Assembly (NCBI GenBank): GCA_010093705.1
Contig: MU006101.1
Span: 667,673-731,672, forward strand
Source of the DNA: Patellaria atrata CBS 101060
Taxonomy: Eukaryota
Direction: 5' to 3'
Length of the DNA stretch: 64,000 bases
Of the stretch, positions 50,101-61,720 are shown one piece after another. The notes under the pieces are model-generated. The model was not told where the DNA came from. It saw nothing but the letters and a program-made list of their open reading frames with translations, and ran no database searches. Positions within the stretch are counted from its first letter, which is position 1. Each line of letters opens with the position of its first letter. A program made the position numbers and the translations under genes.

Positions 50101-52900
50101 GACTTAATATGAAGGAATCTCTTGTTTACTATGGTGAACTGCTTTTTCTTTTGCAACGGTACCATAGGATCAAAATTTTCTTTTTACGAAATGATCGAAA
50201 TAAACTGTTTGAAGAATTGCAAAATACGGGTCATGAGAACTGGAGTCCAGTGGAGTTTCCCGACTGGTTACTTCTGGAAATCGATGCGAATATTCTGATT
50301 CGCGCAGAGCAAGTAAGGGTTGCACAAGCGATTATAACGCCAGTATCGGGAATAAACTCAGTGTTACAGATGAACATGGGCAAAGACGAATGATTTAGCA
50401 TTTCAAAGGTTTCTAAGAAGTTAGAGTGCGAAAAATTTCGTAGGAAAAACCTCGTGTATTCTACCCTTGGCAGTAGTAGTTCTTGCAAACAAAAACCAAC
50501 TCTCGCGTGTAATTGAACCAAATGCGTTGCTCCAACAAGCAGCTCAAACAATTCAATCTAGAATCGGAGGTTTAATAGGTAGGGAAATTAGACACATCCC
50601 CTTCTCTCGAAGAACCTCCACAACGGCTAGGATGATTAACCTGTACTCAGACCATCACCATGAAATTCTACATTGTTGTGGCGTCTTCCTGACCACTTCA
50701 GAGCATGTCTTATCGTATCAACTGTGTGGGTTTCAGCAACTCGCGGATGGTAACTCACAACAGGCCCAGGAGATGATAAAATTTTAATCTTGGTTAAGAC
50801 GTACGTGCCGTGACGTCCTCGATGAATGCGATTACACATTAGCAGTAAAGACGCGGCTGATCTATCCAAATGGACCGCAAAAATTGTAGATGGGCATCCG
50901 CAGCGCTGGAAGATCGCAGAGAATCTTCTATCCCTTGTTGTAGATCAACTTCAGGATGTTCAGCACGAATTTCCACGAAGTATTCAGGTCTTTCCCAGAC
51001 AACAAGGTTTTCCGATAGTCCGTTTCATTCAGGAGGATGTTGAAGATGCCTTAGCCCGGTGTGTCCAAAACGCGATCTGTCAAGGGGAGACATCTTTCTT
51101 GCGATTTCAGAATTCGCCGTCGGATGAAGATATAGCCGAGCTCAAGCATGTCCTAACAGAAGAAAATGTTGATATGAAGGGTATTAAACAGGTATCCCGA
51201 CTTTTCGCGGAGAAGGATTCGGCTGTTATTTTTTGGAGTGAATAACAATGCCTGGGTTCAGTATCGCGGAGGAAAGGCTAAGGTGCCTCTCCTAGCTACA
51301 CCCTTTGCCGAGAACCTTGATGCATGCCTTGTTTATCTTGACCAGGCTCACACCAGGGGGACAGATCTGAGACTCCCTCAGAATGCTACTGGTGCATTGA
51401 CACTGGCGCTGGTTCAAACCCAGGACCATACAGTACAAGGTAAGCTACCTATACCTCCCCATGGTGTGTTTGAGGCTTATCTATTTAGCTGCCATGAGGC
51501 TACGACAACTTGCAACTACGCAATCTGTCGCATTCTTCGCCCCCCTGAAGTTCACCAGAGCATATTAAATATGTGTAGAAAGGAAACGGGTGAGCAAATC
51601 GATTCATCTGACGTCATTAGCTGGTTGCTCGAACAAACCTGCCACTTGAATGGCCAACTCCAAAGTTTTTATATTGCTCAAGGTACAGACTTCTGTCGGA
51701 GGACCGATGCGCAGTGAATCCACGGAAAACATCTGGATAAGAGACGCAGTAAAGGTGTTTTTATCAAAAACAATCCAGAATTCGGAGGAACAGACTTTGG
51801 AAGGCATGTATGGTGGTATTGGAGCAGAAACAACCACGGTTACTGAACCCTCCTCTTCGACGCCGAAAGTCTTTATGTCGGTGCTGAGTGGAAATTTGCC
51901 GGCAGTAAAACGAAACAATGTTTCGAGCTCTGCATTGCAAGAAGTGGAGCAGGAAAGAGAGATCGAGGTTCAAGTAGAGGAGGAACGCGAGGTTCAAAAG
52001 CCAATCCACTACACGGCTCTGAAATTCCTTGGTGTGCACGATGTAATCTTCACTTTCGTTCAAACAGGGAAGCTTGTGGGTGAATGTGGTTATGAGCCTG
52101 CATCTAAGGCTTTATCACGAACTTCCATCGGCCAGAAGTATGCTATTCGCAGCACCGGGTCGAAACTCTTCGTCTCGGTGGAATTGACACGCACCGTTGA
52201 ACCTGAAGGAGTTCCGAATGACAATTTCATGGGGAGATGCTCAGACATTGTGGTTTTCCTTCATATTTTGAGGACTAACATTCTTCAGAGACAGGTTGAT
52301 TGGGTTTTATGGAACCCAAATAATGAAACGGCGCCCATAATTATCCCTGAGGAGGCCGAATTCTTGATACCCGTTATTCGGCTGATGCGCGATCTAAAAG
52401 TACATCTCATCGCTTATGCCTCGCCGGTCATTAAGAGCATGCTACATTTCAACCGGCTTTCATATTACGTCCTTCCCGCTCTCCCTAAAAATAGACAGTG
52501 CCCTCATGGTTCTCTACCGAACTTGGAATATTTGCGGGCCGTCTATACTTGGAATTTTCAGAATGTGCTGGTGAAGAAGTGTTTGACTCTTGCGGGCGCC
52601 AGTGATTCGAACGCTGCGCAAGATGCTGCAGCACCGTTCGGTATTTCCATGAAGAATCCTTCTAGATTTATGCTCGAGTGGTTGAGTGTTCCGCGTAAAG
52701 GGTAAGATATTTCACACACTCCAATGGGTTATATTTGTCAGGGGCGGCCGTTACCTCAAAGCCACCCTTTCTTTATATAGAGGTCAGTGGATATTAACGC
52801 TGAGGGATCGCATTCCGCTGTGCGAGGAGAATTGAATCATACCATGGATGAAGAAGAAGAGGAGGAGGATATTGACCTATATGACGAAGAGGAATTGTGA
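44164..52900 (+). pseudogene. Decayed giant DUF6606/DUF3638(/DUF3645)-type P-loop protein gene
   Basis: FNHLVLPPKLP, EQNAA, FEAFEASP, LPWRRSPFWL, NWRE, FTSFVLPDPLTGRTGTEEA, GHENWSP..FPDWLLLEID, QMNMGK/GKTSCILP, RDVLDECD, YLDQAHTRGTDL, QEVEQERE and DISHTPMGYICQGR occur in order across about 20 stops, frameshifts and splice lesions. Confidence 0.88.
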
Positions 52901-53415
52901 GCAATGGCTAGCTGCGCTGTCATCGGGTGCTTCTGAAGATCAGGGACTTCTTAATTTTCTACTGCTCCTCATCTGAAATTTTCAAGTGTACACAGCATAA
53001 TAACTATCGTAGTGATCATGATTGCGGATTAGTTAGATGTAACAAACTAGGAATGGAAAGTGTTCTACATTTCAACTTGGAGATGAATATCTTTCAGTAG
53101 TGCTTCATAGCACGATAGACCGAATTGAGACTGTATGTGACATAAAAAAGAGGATGAGTGTAACCCAAAGCTTAGAATTTACAAAAGACTACAAGAATCA
53201 AATTGTTCCTTGCACAATGTCTGCGTTTTCGTCCGCAAAACTGGCAAACTGACATCAAAGCCAAGCGCCCTTCTAATTCGCCAATCTAGCCAACTCTTCC
53301 CGACCTTGAACCTCAACCTTCAACTTCACTTCCAATTCTCCAACGGTTCCATCGACCTTACAACCGCACCTGTACCTCAATTGCCCTGGGCGAACCTCTG
53401 CGACATCTACAGGAT

Positions 53416-53869
53416 ATGTCGAACCCACACGAAGCGAAACAAGGCATTCAGCCCTGGTCTGTCAGGCCAGGCTATAGCACTTACCAATCTCCATATGGAC
53501 CAAAGTACGTCAGAGCAAAACAAAAAAAGACTGCAAACGGAATCGAGATAGAGCATATATACTGATAAGTGGTCTTACAGATACAAAACTAACTGGAACT
53601 TTCACGGCATCGATGCGAGAGCTGCCACGAGAGCGTAAGTTTCCTCCTGTAACTATTGCGGAAAATGTGATAAGGAGATACGGGATGTGGAGCTGACATC
53701 GTTCGGTCACAGTGGCATTACGGCAGCCGCGTTTGGTGCCACCGCGGGTGTGTTCGCGCTCTTCTTCTTCGCTGAGGTGCCGAGAGTGAGGCAGGATATC
53801 ATGGAGAAAGTCCCGATTCTTGGGCCGTATTTCCATCATGAGGTTCCGCCGGAGGATAATCCGTTCTAA
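53416..53869 (+). CDS. QCR10: Cytochrome b-c1 complex subunit 10, 3 exons (start approximate)
   Basis: YQSPYGPK/YKTNWNFHG/...AAFGATAGVFALFFFAEVPRVRQDIMEKVPILGPYFHHEVPPEDNPF. Introns at about 53505-53580 and 53635-53712. Confidence 0.88.
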
Positions 53870-54128
53870 ATAATACGCGTCGGTTCGTGATGGGATTGAA
53901 TGGAGATAGGGTGCTAGGCACGTGCCAGGTCAGAGATGCATGGACAGTGTATCATATAAAAGGGTCTATGTGTGTACAGTACGGGGAGAGATTATCACAA
54001 TAGAGTTCTTTATCTTCAACACCACCACTTCAGGCTCCAATTCATTCAATTGCAGGAGACTTTGAGGTATATTATATGATACCACAGTCCAGAGGACATT
54101 ATGATCATATCGTAGAACCATGAGCCCC

Positions 54129-55088
54129 CTAATTCGTCGGTAATCTTCCTACAACTTCCGCCATCTCCTCATCAGTATAGATCCTGAACCCCTTCTCCTT
54201 GGTCACACTAGCTAGCTGCACGTTTTTTGAATCTAGTTTCTCCTCCATGACCTGCTTGAGCGTCTTCAACACCAGCACCTCCGCCTCGGGTAGCGTGAGA
54301 GACTTATGAAACTCGTTTTGCAGCTCTGCTTGTGCTCCCTCAGAACCAGATCCTATCGCCTTAGCATCATATCTGTAGAACGTGCCCGAGGGCTCCGCAT
54401 GGTATCTGTATCACCGTCAGCCTCAATAACCCTAACCAACACCCCAAGTTCCGCCACACAACTCACAAACTCGGTCCATCTTCATCAAACCCCGCAATCA
54501 ACAACGCCACACCAAAGGGACGAGACATGATACTCTCCTCGCCCTCGGCACCCTCGCCGAACCTCAGCGCCAGATCACATATTGCCTGCGTGCAGCTCTC
54601 AACCCTCAGTGGCTCGTTGTAGTGGAAGGCGTGGTTCTGCGACTCAACGCGTGCGTGCTCTATCATGCTGCGAGCGTCAGCCTGAAGCCCGCTCATCGCG
54701 CATCCGATGTGTCGGTCGATCTCGACGATCTTTTCTACAGAGGAGGTTTCGAGGAGGGTGGAGGTCACGCGCTTTTCGACGCCGAGGATCACGCCGTGGC
54801 CGGTGGCAACCTGGGAGCGAGTTTAGTATGGTTTGTACGTGTGGAAAGGCGGGAAGAGACGAACGCCTATTGCTGTTGAACCGAGTTTGATTGCTTCTAG
54901 GGAGTATTCGACTTGGAAGAGGCGGCCTTCGGGGGAGAATGTGCTGGGAATGGTGAGTTTTTACAATGTGGACTATAGAGAAGGTAGGTCATACTTGATC
55001 CCGCGGTCTATCGGACACACATGTTAGAGTAGAGCTTAGATATTGCGGGTGTTTAGAGCTTACCATATTCAGACCGTGCAATAAACAT
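54129..55088 (-). CDS. PUP2: 20S proteasome subunit alpha-5, multi-exon
   Basis: [73 protein letters not shown] and KQVMEEKLD. Confidence 0.96.
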
Positions 55089-55547
55089 CTTGGTGTTTGG
55101 GGTGTTGTGATGGAGATGTGTGCGAAAAGAGAGACAATGACGGTAATATGCGGCAGGGATTAGGAAGTTTGAATGTCTAAACTTTAGACGGGATTGCTAC
55201 GTTTAAGAGAAATATTTTGATATTGTATCACACATCTCGCAGTTTGGAGCTCAGGCAGTTACAGCTTCGTGGATCATCTAGCTATTCCCTTTTTAGGATA
55301 GACTCCGTTGGGCGGAGCGGAGCGGAAACGGGCGGGGCTTGGACAATTCGTGATTAATATTCAATGAGGTTTGGGTAGATAAGTTTTTTGTCCTCACGAG
55401 AATAAGCTCTTAGTACTAATAAGAGAATTCTGTGCACTTGGACGATGTTCATAGATGATACGTATGATGCATTTTTAATTCGTACTTCATAATATTTTAA
55501 ATGCTAACTACATGCCCATCCCATCACAACTATGATCTACAAGTGAT

Positions 55548-56353
55548 CTATCCAGACCACACTGGTGGTCCGGGGGGGGTGTAGCTCGTAGGAACGGGGT
55601 AATAGATGTTGATCTGAATACCTGGATCGCTGGCCTTGTACGCACCAGGGAAAGCGACTAGGGGACCTGGGTTGCCATTACCGCCTCCGGTGACGGTAAG
55701 CTGCGCGCAAGAGATATAGAATTGAGCACCACCAGCGGAGCCAGCACTGTGAAGAGCGATGTGCTCAACGCGGAGGAGGTAATCGCCGGAAGGAGTTGCA
55801 GAGGGGATCTTGAAGTTGACCGCTGTCTTGCCTACAACAAGGGTTGGTACAATAGTTCTGTGCGGTCTGAAACCATATCATTGTTCTACTTACCACTTGA
55901 TGGCCATGACAATCCACCGGCTGAGAAGTTGGGACCGTCAGAATAGATCTTGAACCACACGGCGCCACTACCATCCCAGCTTTCAGCGGTTTGACCCGAG
56001 GGTACCTTGGCCATATAAATCTGAAGGGGACCGGGATGGCTGATGGATGCTTTAGCAGTGAAGCCGACGGTGCTTCCAGCGGAAACAGTCATGGTTTTCG
56101 CCGTTGGGTTTCCGGCATCCGGGTAGCAACGGATGGCATTGTCGTTGACGTTTGTTACGGGGCCATTGCTGTACTTATTTGCGGTTCTGCGCACATACTC
56201 CCATTCTGCTGTGCTCTGACCGTTTGCGATCAGGGCCGGAAAGAGATCTATACCTCGTTAGACCTTCGTAAAGTAAACTGAGAGTGGTGATTCGGACATA
56301 CAATGGGCCTGGGCGGCAGATGCCAGAGCAAGCACGACGGCGGCGAACTTCAT
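55548..56353 (-). CDS. AA9 (GH61) lytic polysaccharide monooxygenase, secreted, no CBM, 3 exons
   Basis: Signal peptide [16 protein letters not shown] followed by His1, then [33 protein letters not shown] and [11 protein letters not shown]. Confidence 0.95.
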
Positions 56354-56431
56354 GATGGGTAATGGGGGAGGTCGGAGTAGGCTTAAACGCACAAACTTCA
56401 ACCAGGAACATCTAGGACATTCTCTCTTGCA

Positions 56432-56815
56432 TTTATACTCTTGCACTGCCCTGGTCTTCGGGCGCAGTACCCCGTGGGGAAGCGTATATGTGGAGATCAA
56501 TTTTCTTTAATTACATCTTACCAGACTAGGATTCTATCAAGTGGCGGCATCGTTACCGACTAGTAGATGAATATTGGGTACAAGGAGTCACTCCAACCCA
56601 ACGATGGACCGTTAGGGAAACCCAACAGGGGAAACCTAAAATGAAAGCTTGTTTTGCGGATGGACATGTGGGTCTCTAATTACGGAAGATTGCACCCGTA
56701 TAAAACTACGACCTTCAAGATATAAATACAAGACTATTGACTACCGATGACGAAAGCATAGAAATCTCGGAAAGATAGCATGGCTAGGTTGGCGTAAGAT
56801 AGTAACATCTTAGCC
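56432..56815 (-). promoter_or_regulatory. Cellulase-type promoter of the AA9 gene
   Basis: TATAAA (minus strand, 56437-56432), SYGGRG CreA-like sites (GTGGGG 56474, GTGGAG 56490), CGG-N8-CCG ClrB/CLR-2-like site (56545-56558), and GGCTAR XlnR-like sites (56782-56787; minus strand 56815-56810). Confidence 0.5.
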
Positions 56816-57743
56816 ACAGTTTGATCTAGGAGGTTGAGAAGAATGAGTAACAGCTATTCACTCCATAGATTGTAACATGGAACAATGGAGACCGGAACGA
56901 AAACGTGAACAAAGATTTTTACGTATGTAGTTGATCACACCTAGACATTGTCTATGAAGAAGAAAAGACAAGGCTGTAAGGACCTCACCTTCGATTCATC
57001 GGAACGGCAGTACGACCATGCCTCGCAAACGATCAAGGATGATGGTGTATCAATATGGATGAATAGCTCGTGGCCAACAATGTAAAGAGTAGCGAATGAG
57101 GATAATGGAATGGTATAACAAATATGGTTATTGAGATTAACCGGACGTACGGGTAGATGGAAATATATTGAGCAGGGCCCTTTCATATAATCTTTGATAC
57201 TGTGACCGTTTGACAATGCTTGGAACCTTCTTCAACATTTATACAGCTCTAGTCTAGTTTAAACTCTAGGGCGAATTTACTAAGCTTTGTAGCCGATATA
57301 GTTCTAAACAGTTTGAGAACTGGTGAGCAGTTGATTTTTGAAAGTTACGTTCATACATTGGATAATTCTTGCCGTTAGCTATAATGGGAGGTATAGATTT
57401 CTGCAACCTACCTTACCCGTGATCAAAGTTCATATCGCATTATAGATTGATATATGAAAGATAATTCTGAAATAGAAGGACCGATAATACTCATTATGTC
57501 CTATTAAGTCCAAGGGTTCCCGGTGGGTTTCTGCTACGGTTGGCTTTCTTTCTCTCACTTCTCGCGGTCACAGTCAAATTTGCAGTCCATCACAGGAGAC
57601 AAAGGAGGAAATAAAACGTGACATTTCAAAAGAAGGCAAGACGATGCCTTCATGCTGATTAATAGACTGAACAATTCCTAAACCCATCCTGGGGATTCCC
57701 GTCCCAAAGTCCAGTACACGTAAGTGAATATCCGCCCAAGTTT

Positions 57744-60554
57744 TCAACCCTGACTCCCAACAGATCTCCCTAAGATCCTCATATTATCCACAAACCCTTC
57801 TACCATCCTCTCGAATTTACTCTCATTCGGATTCGTCTTTAACAAACGCCCTTGCTTGACCAGTTCCAGTACGTCAACTTCGATTTCCAATTCATGAGTC
57901 CTTGGTGTAGTCGATGGGTGATCGGTTTTCGTCACCTGCGTTAAGTCGATCTGATAGTTTTGGTGGTTATATGTCATTCGATCCTTGTACCGTGTGTTAA
58001 GTAGTCCGTTTTCTCTAACTTCCACTAAACCCGCGATATCACCATGGTACTTGACTTCAAGGCTTATACTGATACGGTAACTTATATGATCCGAGTGTGG
58101 GTTCCAGATATGTCGATCCATGAGGCGGACCTTGATAATTTTGGCCAAAACCTCTCCCTTCTCACCCCTAGTAACACGAATCCTCGGCTGCTGTCGGCTA
58201 TGAGCGTAGATAACTTGCTGGACCTGTGGTGGCAGTGTCGCGATCATTGCTGGGGTTGACTCAAAGAAAGAATCGGTCTCCCTGGTGTGACGGTAGACAA
58301 GCGGAATGCGGGGCACTTCGCGTGTCGGATCGCGCCGGCGTGACTCGTCATGTGCGCGATTCAGCGAAAAGTTCAGTTGTTTATGTTGCTCCTTTAACGT
58401 TGTCAGCATTCATGTTATGATTACTGATTTGGGTAAGTCGGATACTCACAAGTGACATGGAACTTTCAAATCTAATATACCGATTTTGTTCAGGATGAAG
58501 AATGGCTTCGTTGCCAATGTCCATCTCGAAAAGCTGCTGTGTCTGTTTATCAAACAGTTTTCCTAATTTAGCTTCGACCTCTAGTTGTCCGACGTTCGGA
58601 TCAAGAGTGGCGAGATCATTCCAGGCGACATGCTCGCAGAGAAAGTCACAAACTTGCCTAGTAAGCTGGTCATACGGTTTGATGCCGGTGATACTTGGTT
58701 CCCATAGTTCAATCTTCTTGACGGCTGTTTTCGGTTCTGGCTTCTTGATGAATGGATTCGGTTTTGGTTCTGTCACCTGTGGCTTTTGCTGGCCATTCGG
58801 GGTTTTGGTGTGTTGAATTGGTTGCTGCGGTGGTAGAGGTAGAGGAATATTAACAGGCGCTTGGCGATTAATAGGCCGAGGGTTTGCCCTTTTTTGAGCC
58901 CAGATTGGAACTGGGTCATTTCGTTTCCGCTTTCGAATGTTAGGGTTTAAAGTAGCTGGGGATGGGGATGGGTTAGTAGAGCTCTCTGGAGCTGAGACAT
59001 GTGGTTGAATGCTAGCGGCGGCGCTGTTGTTGCTGATAACGGGAGCCGGTTTCGATGGAAGAGGATGCGTAACTGCGTTGTTCGTGGAGGGAAGTTTCGT
59101 CGATGCGACGACCGTAGTAGGGGAACTGGAAGCGAGAGGAGCCATTGGCTTTGGATATGCGTGTGTATGTGGATGAGGAGATCTGAGTGAAATATGTTAG
59201 CAAATCGATTCTTAGACGGTCACCAGAAAAATAAAATAAAAAAATAAAAGACAAAGGAATTGAGTGGGAATTTCTTTTATGTGCGATGTGTGCGAAGAGT
59301 CACAAAGCGAGTAGGTGATTCCATGGTTCAAAGAGACGGGAGTGGGCCCCATGGAACGAAATCCACAGATTTCTTTACCAACACTCACCTGAATGATTGT
59401 AATCCATTTACATCTTGCTGGACCATAGTTTGATTATTTGTCTGTGCGACTTGAGTGTTCCACAGATCGTGACCGGAGCTCTTGACCTCTACCGACGACT
59501 GCCTACTTGACCCTCCAGCTGTCATTTTAGGGCTGTGAGTCTCATATCCATGAAAATTGACCCCGTTCGCATTTTGATGCACCTGTGACGGCGTAACAGC
59601 TTGATTCCAAATGTCCTGGGATGAGTGTCGCGTTTCTGCGGATTGTTGCCGACTTGGAACTTTTGTTTTTGGACTGACGCTCACAGTCCTCTCTCTTTCT
59701 CTATAATATTCACGCTCAATCGCCTCTCTATCGTTTGCCTGCCCATGACCTTCATACCCACCAGGGGAACTAGCGATTCTACTGGCATTATTCCCTGGTG
59801 TTCCCGCCGGAGGGCCATATGACGCCCCAGATTGACTCTTCGTTTGGCCATAAGGGCTAGGCGGTTCCATTGTACTAAATGTTGAGGTTCTTTGGTAATG
59901 CGCTGGGGGCCCCAGTGGAGTTCCCGGTTGTGAGTGTTGAGTCATACTCTGAAAGTGGTTCTGGTGACTAAGGGAGGAAGCTGACATCGGCGACTCTCGT
60001 AGCGAATGGGGTGTAATTGCGTGTGCGGAAGAAATCGACGGAGAAGGAGAGGTATGAGACTGGACCTGACCTAAGCTATTCGAGGGGGTGGTAAGAGGAG
60101 GGTATGGAGACGGCGTTGGACGGCTGAAAGAGTTCGAATGCGGTCTCGGAGCACCACCGACCGCCATGGTACTCTGATATGCATCTCGTTGGTATGGATG
60201 CGCTTGTTGGTTCTGAATCGGACTTGGGCTTGCGCGTTGAGGGAAAGGATATTGGTTTCCAGGCAATGAGGCGTGCTTTTGAAGTTGAGGGGAAAGATGG
60301 ACGGCCTCGTAAGGAGGTATAACAGAAGATCTTAGGTCATTCTGAGGTGATAGCTGATGTTGATATGGAGGTACAGGTTGTGGAGGTCTAGAATCGTATG
60401 TGTGATGGTATATGTTGGGTGAGGCATAAGTACCGGGCGAAGGGCGATGATGTGTATGAGGGGACGTGGCGACGGGAGGAGAGGGTCGAGGAGGTGCTTG
60501 AGGCTGACCTGTATTGGTCGAGGAGTCTATGTTGATAATAGACTTCAGATCCAT
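57744..60554 (-). CDS. CET1: mRNA-capping RNA 5'-triphosphatase (CYTH/TTM family) with long Pro/Gln/Ser-rich N-terminus, 3 exons
   Basis: VPIWAQK (Ceg1-binding motif), WEPSIT, LEVEAKLG, RFESSMS, RIRVT, RISISLE, RYKDRMTY, DLTQV and HELEIE. Confidence 0.92.
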
Positions 60555-61720
60555 TGCGGCGCAAGTTATGGGGTCGAATAAGGGCGGTATCTAGGCCGCA
60601 TACGAAGGTTCGCGCGAAAGCTCTCCTATCGACTACAAGGCTTCATCCCACAATGATCATACCAATTCCGATCGAGAATACGCAAGGCGTCTTATTTTCA
60701 GGCTATCGCAGAGGTTCTGTCCTTGCGGCGTGACGGATGAGTGGTTATAGGTAATGGCTTTTGTTTCTTCCTTTGCGATCAGCTGTACCTTTCTGAAGCA
60801 ATGCCGAACCAACGATGTTGCAGCTTGCGAAACGCAGCGTTTGGGGTCATCATACAACGAGAGAAAATCGTCAAGCAAGAGGTCAATCTATGAATACAAG
60901 TTGGATCTTATCGAGCAGAAACAAACGCGAGCAAATGCGGCGCGACGATGGCGCATGCGAACAGACGAAATACAAAGCCGTCAGTGTTCGGCGGGGATCA
61001 CGTGCAGAGAATATACATGGGATGAAACAACAGTACATTTTTTTCTCTTACAGTACAATATCTACTGTTCAAGTTCTTAAGAAATTATGTATTACTTGTA
61101 CGTATACTCTTTCCCTTCTTTGTATAACTGTATGCTTAAATGGGAAATTCAAGATAGGTCTCTTTATCAGTTTATACAGGGAATAACTCTATAAGGTATC
61201 GTGAAAAGAGAAATAGGTGTTTCTCTATATCGGTACCTTACGGTAGTGCCGGAGCTTAATTTGATGCTGTCCCCGCGTGCTCAATTTTTGGTGGTGGTGG
61301 TGGGTTCGTTTGCGAGCTGCAACCTGAGGCTCGATGATGAGTGATGAGGCTTTAAGGCTTCTTTGGCAGCGCGTCAGTTGGTCATCTTACCTACCTGCAC
61401 TCACCTTCCCTCAAACCTCATCCATTCCCATCCATCATTTCCCTCATTTCTCTTACTTTCCTCATAATAAGCTTCCTTTTACTCTGCGCACAACAGCCCC
61501 ATCTATCTTCTACAGAAACCTTTGCCATCAGTGTCCTTAAATTGGGAGACAAACCACCATCCACAGTAGAGCACTATTCCACCTTGCTCTTCGGCGCTAC
61601 CATTACCGGCCATCTACTTCTGATCGGACTCTGCTTGAACCTTGGATACCTATCCGTGGACCTTAGATTCTGGTTCTCATACCTTCGGAACAGCTTCTTC
61701 ACTCCCCGTCTATCGAGATC

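Noticed and set aside
55570..55580. Possible frameshift at the G8 run in the AA9 3' end
   Set aside because: Reading through gives [11 protein letters not shown], which is in frame and canonical.
56900..57300. Protein-like fragments between the AA9 gene and CET1 (also 17770-18000 and 30526-30870)
   Set aside because: They contain multiple stops or no recognisable motif, and cannot be distinguished from intergenic noise without a search.
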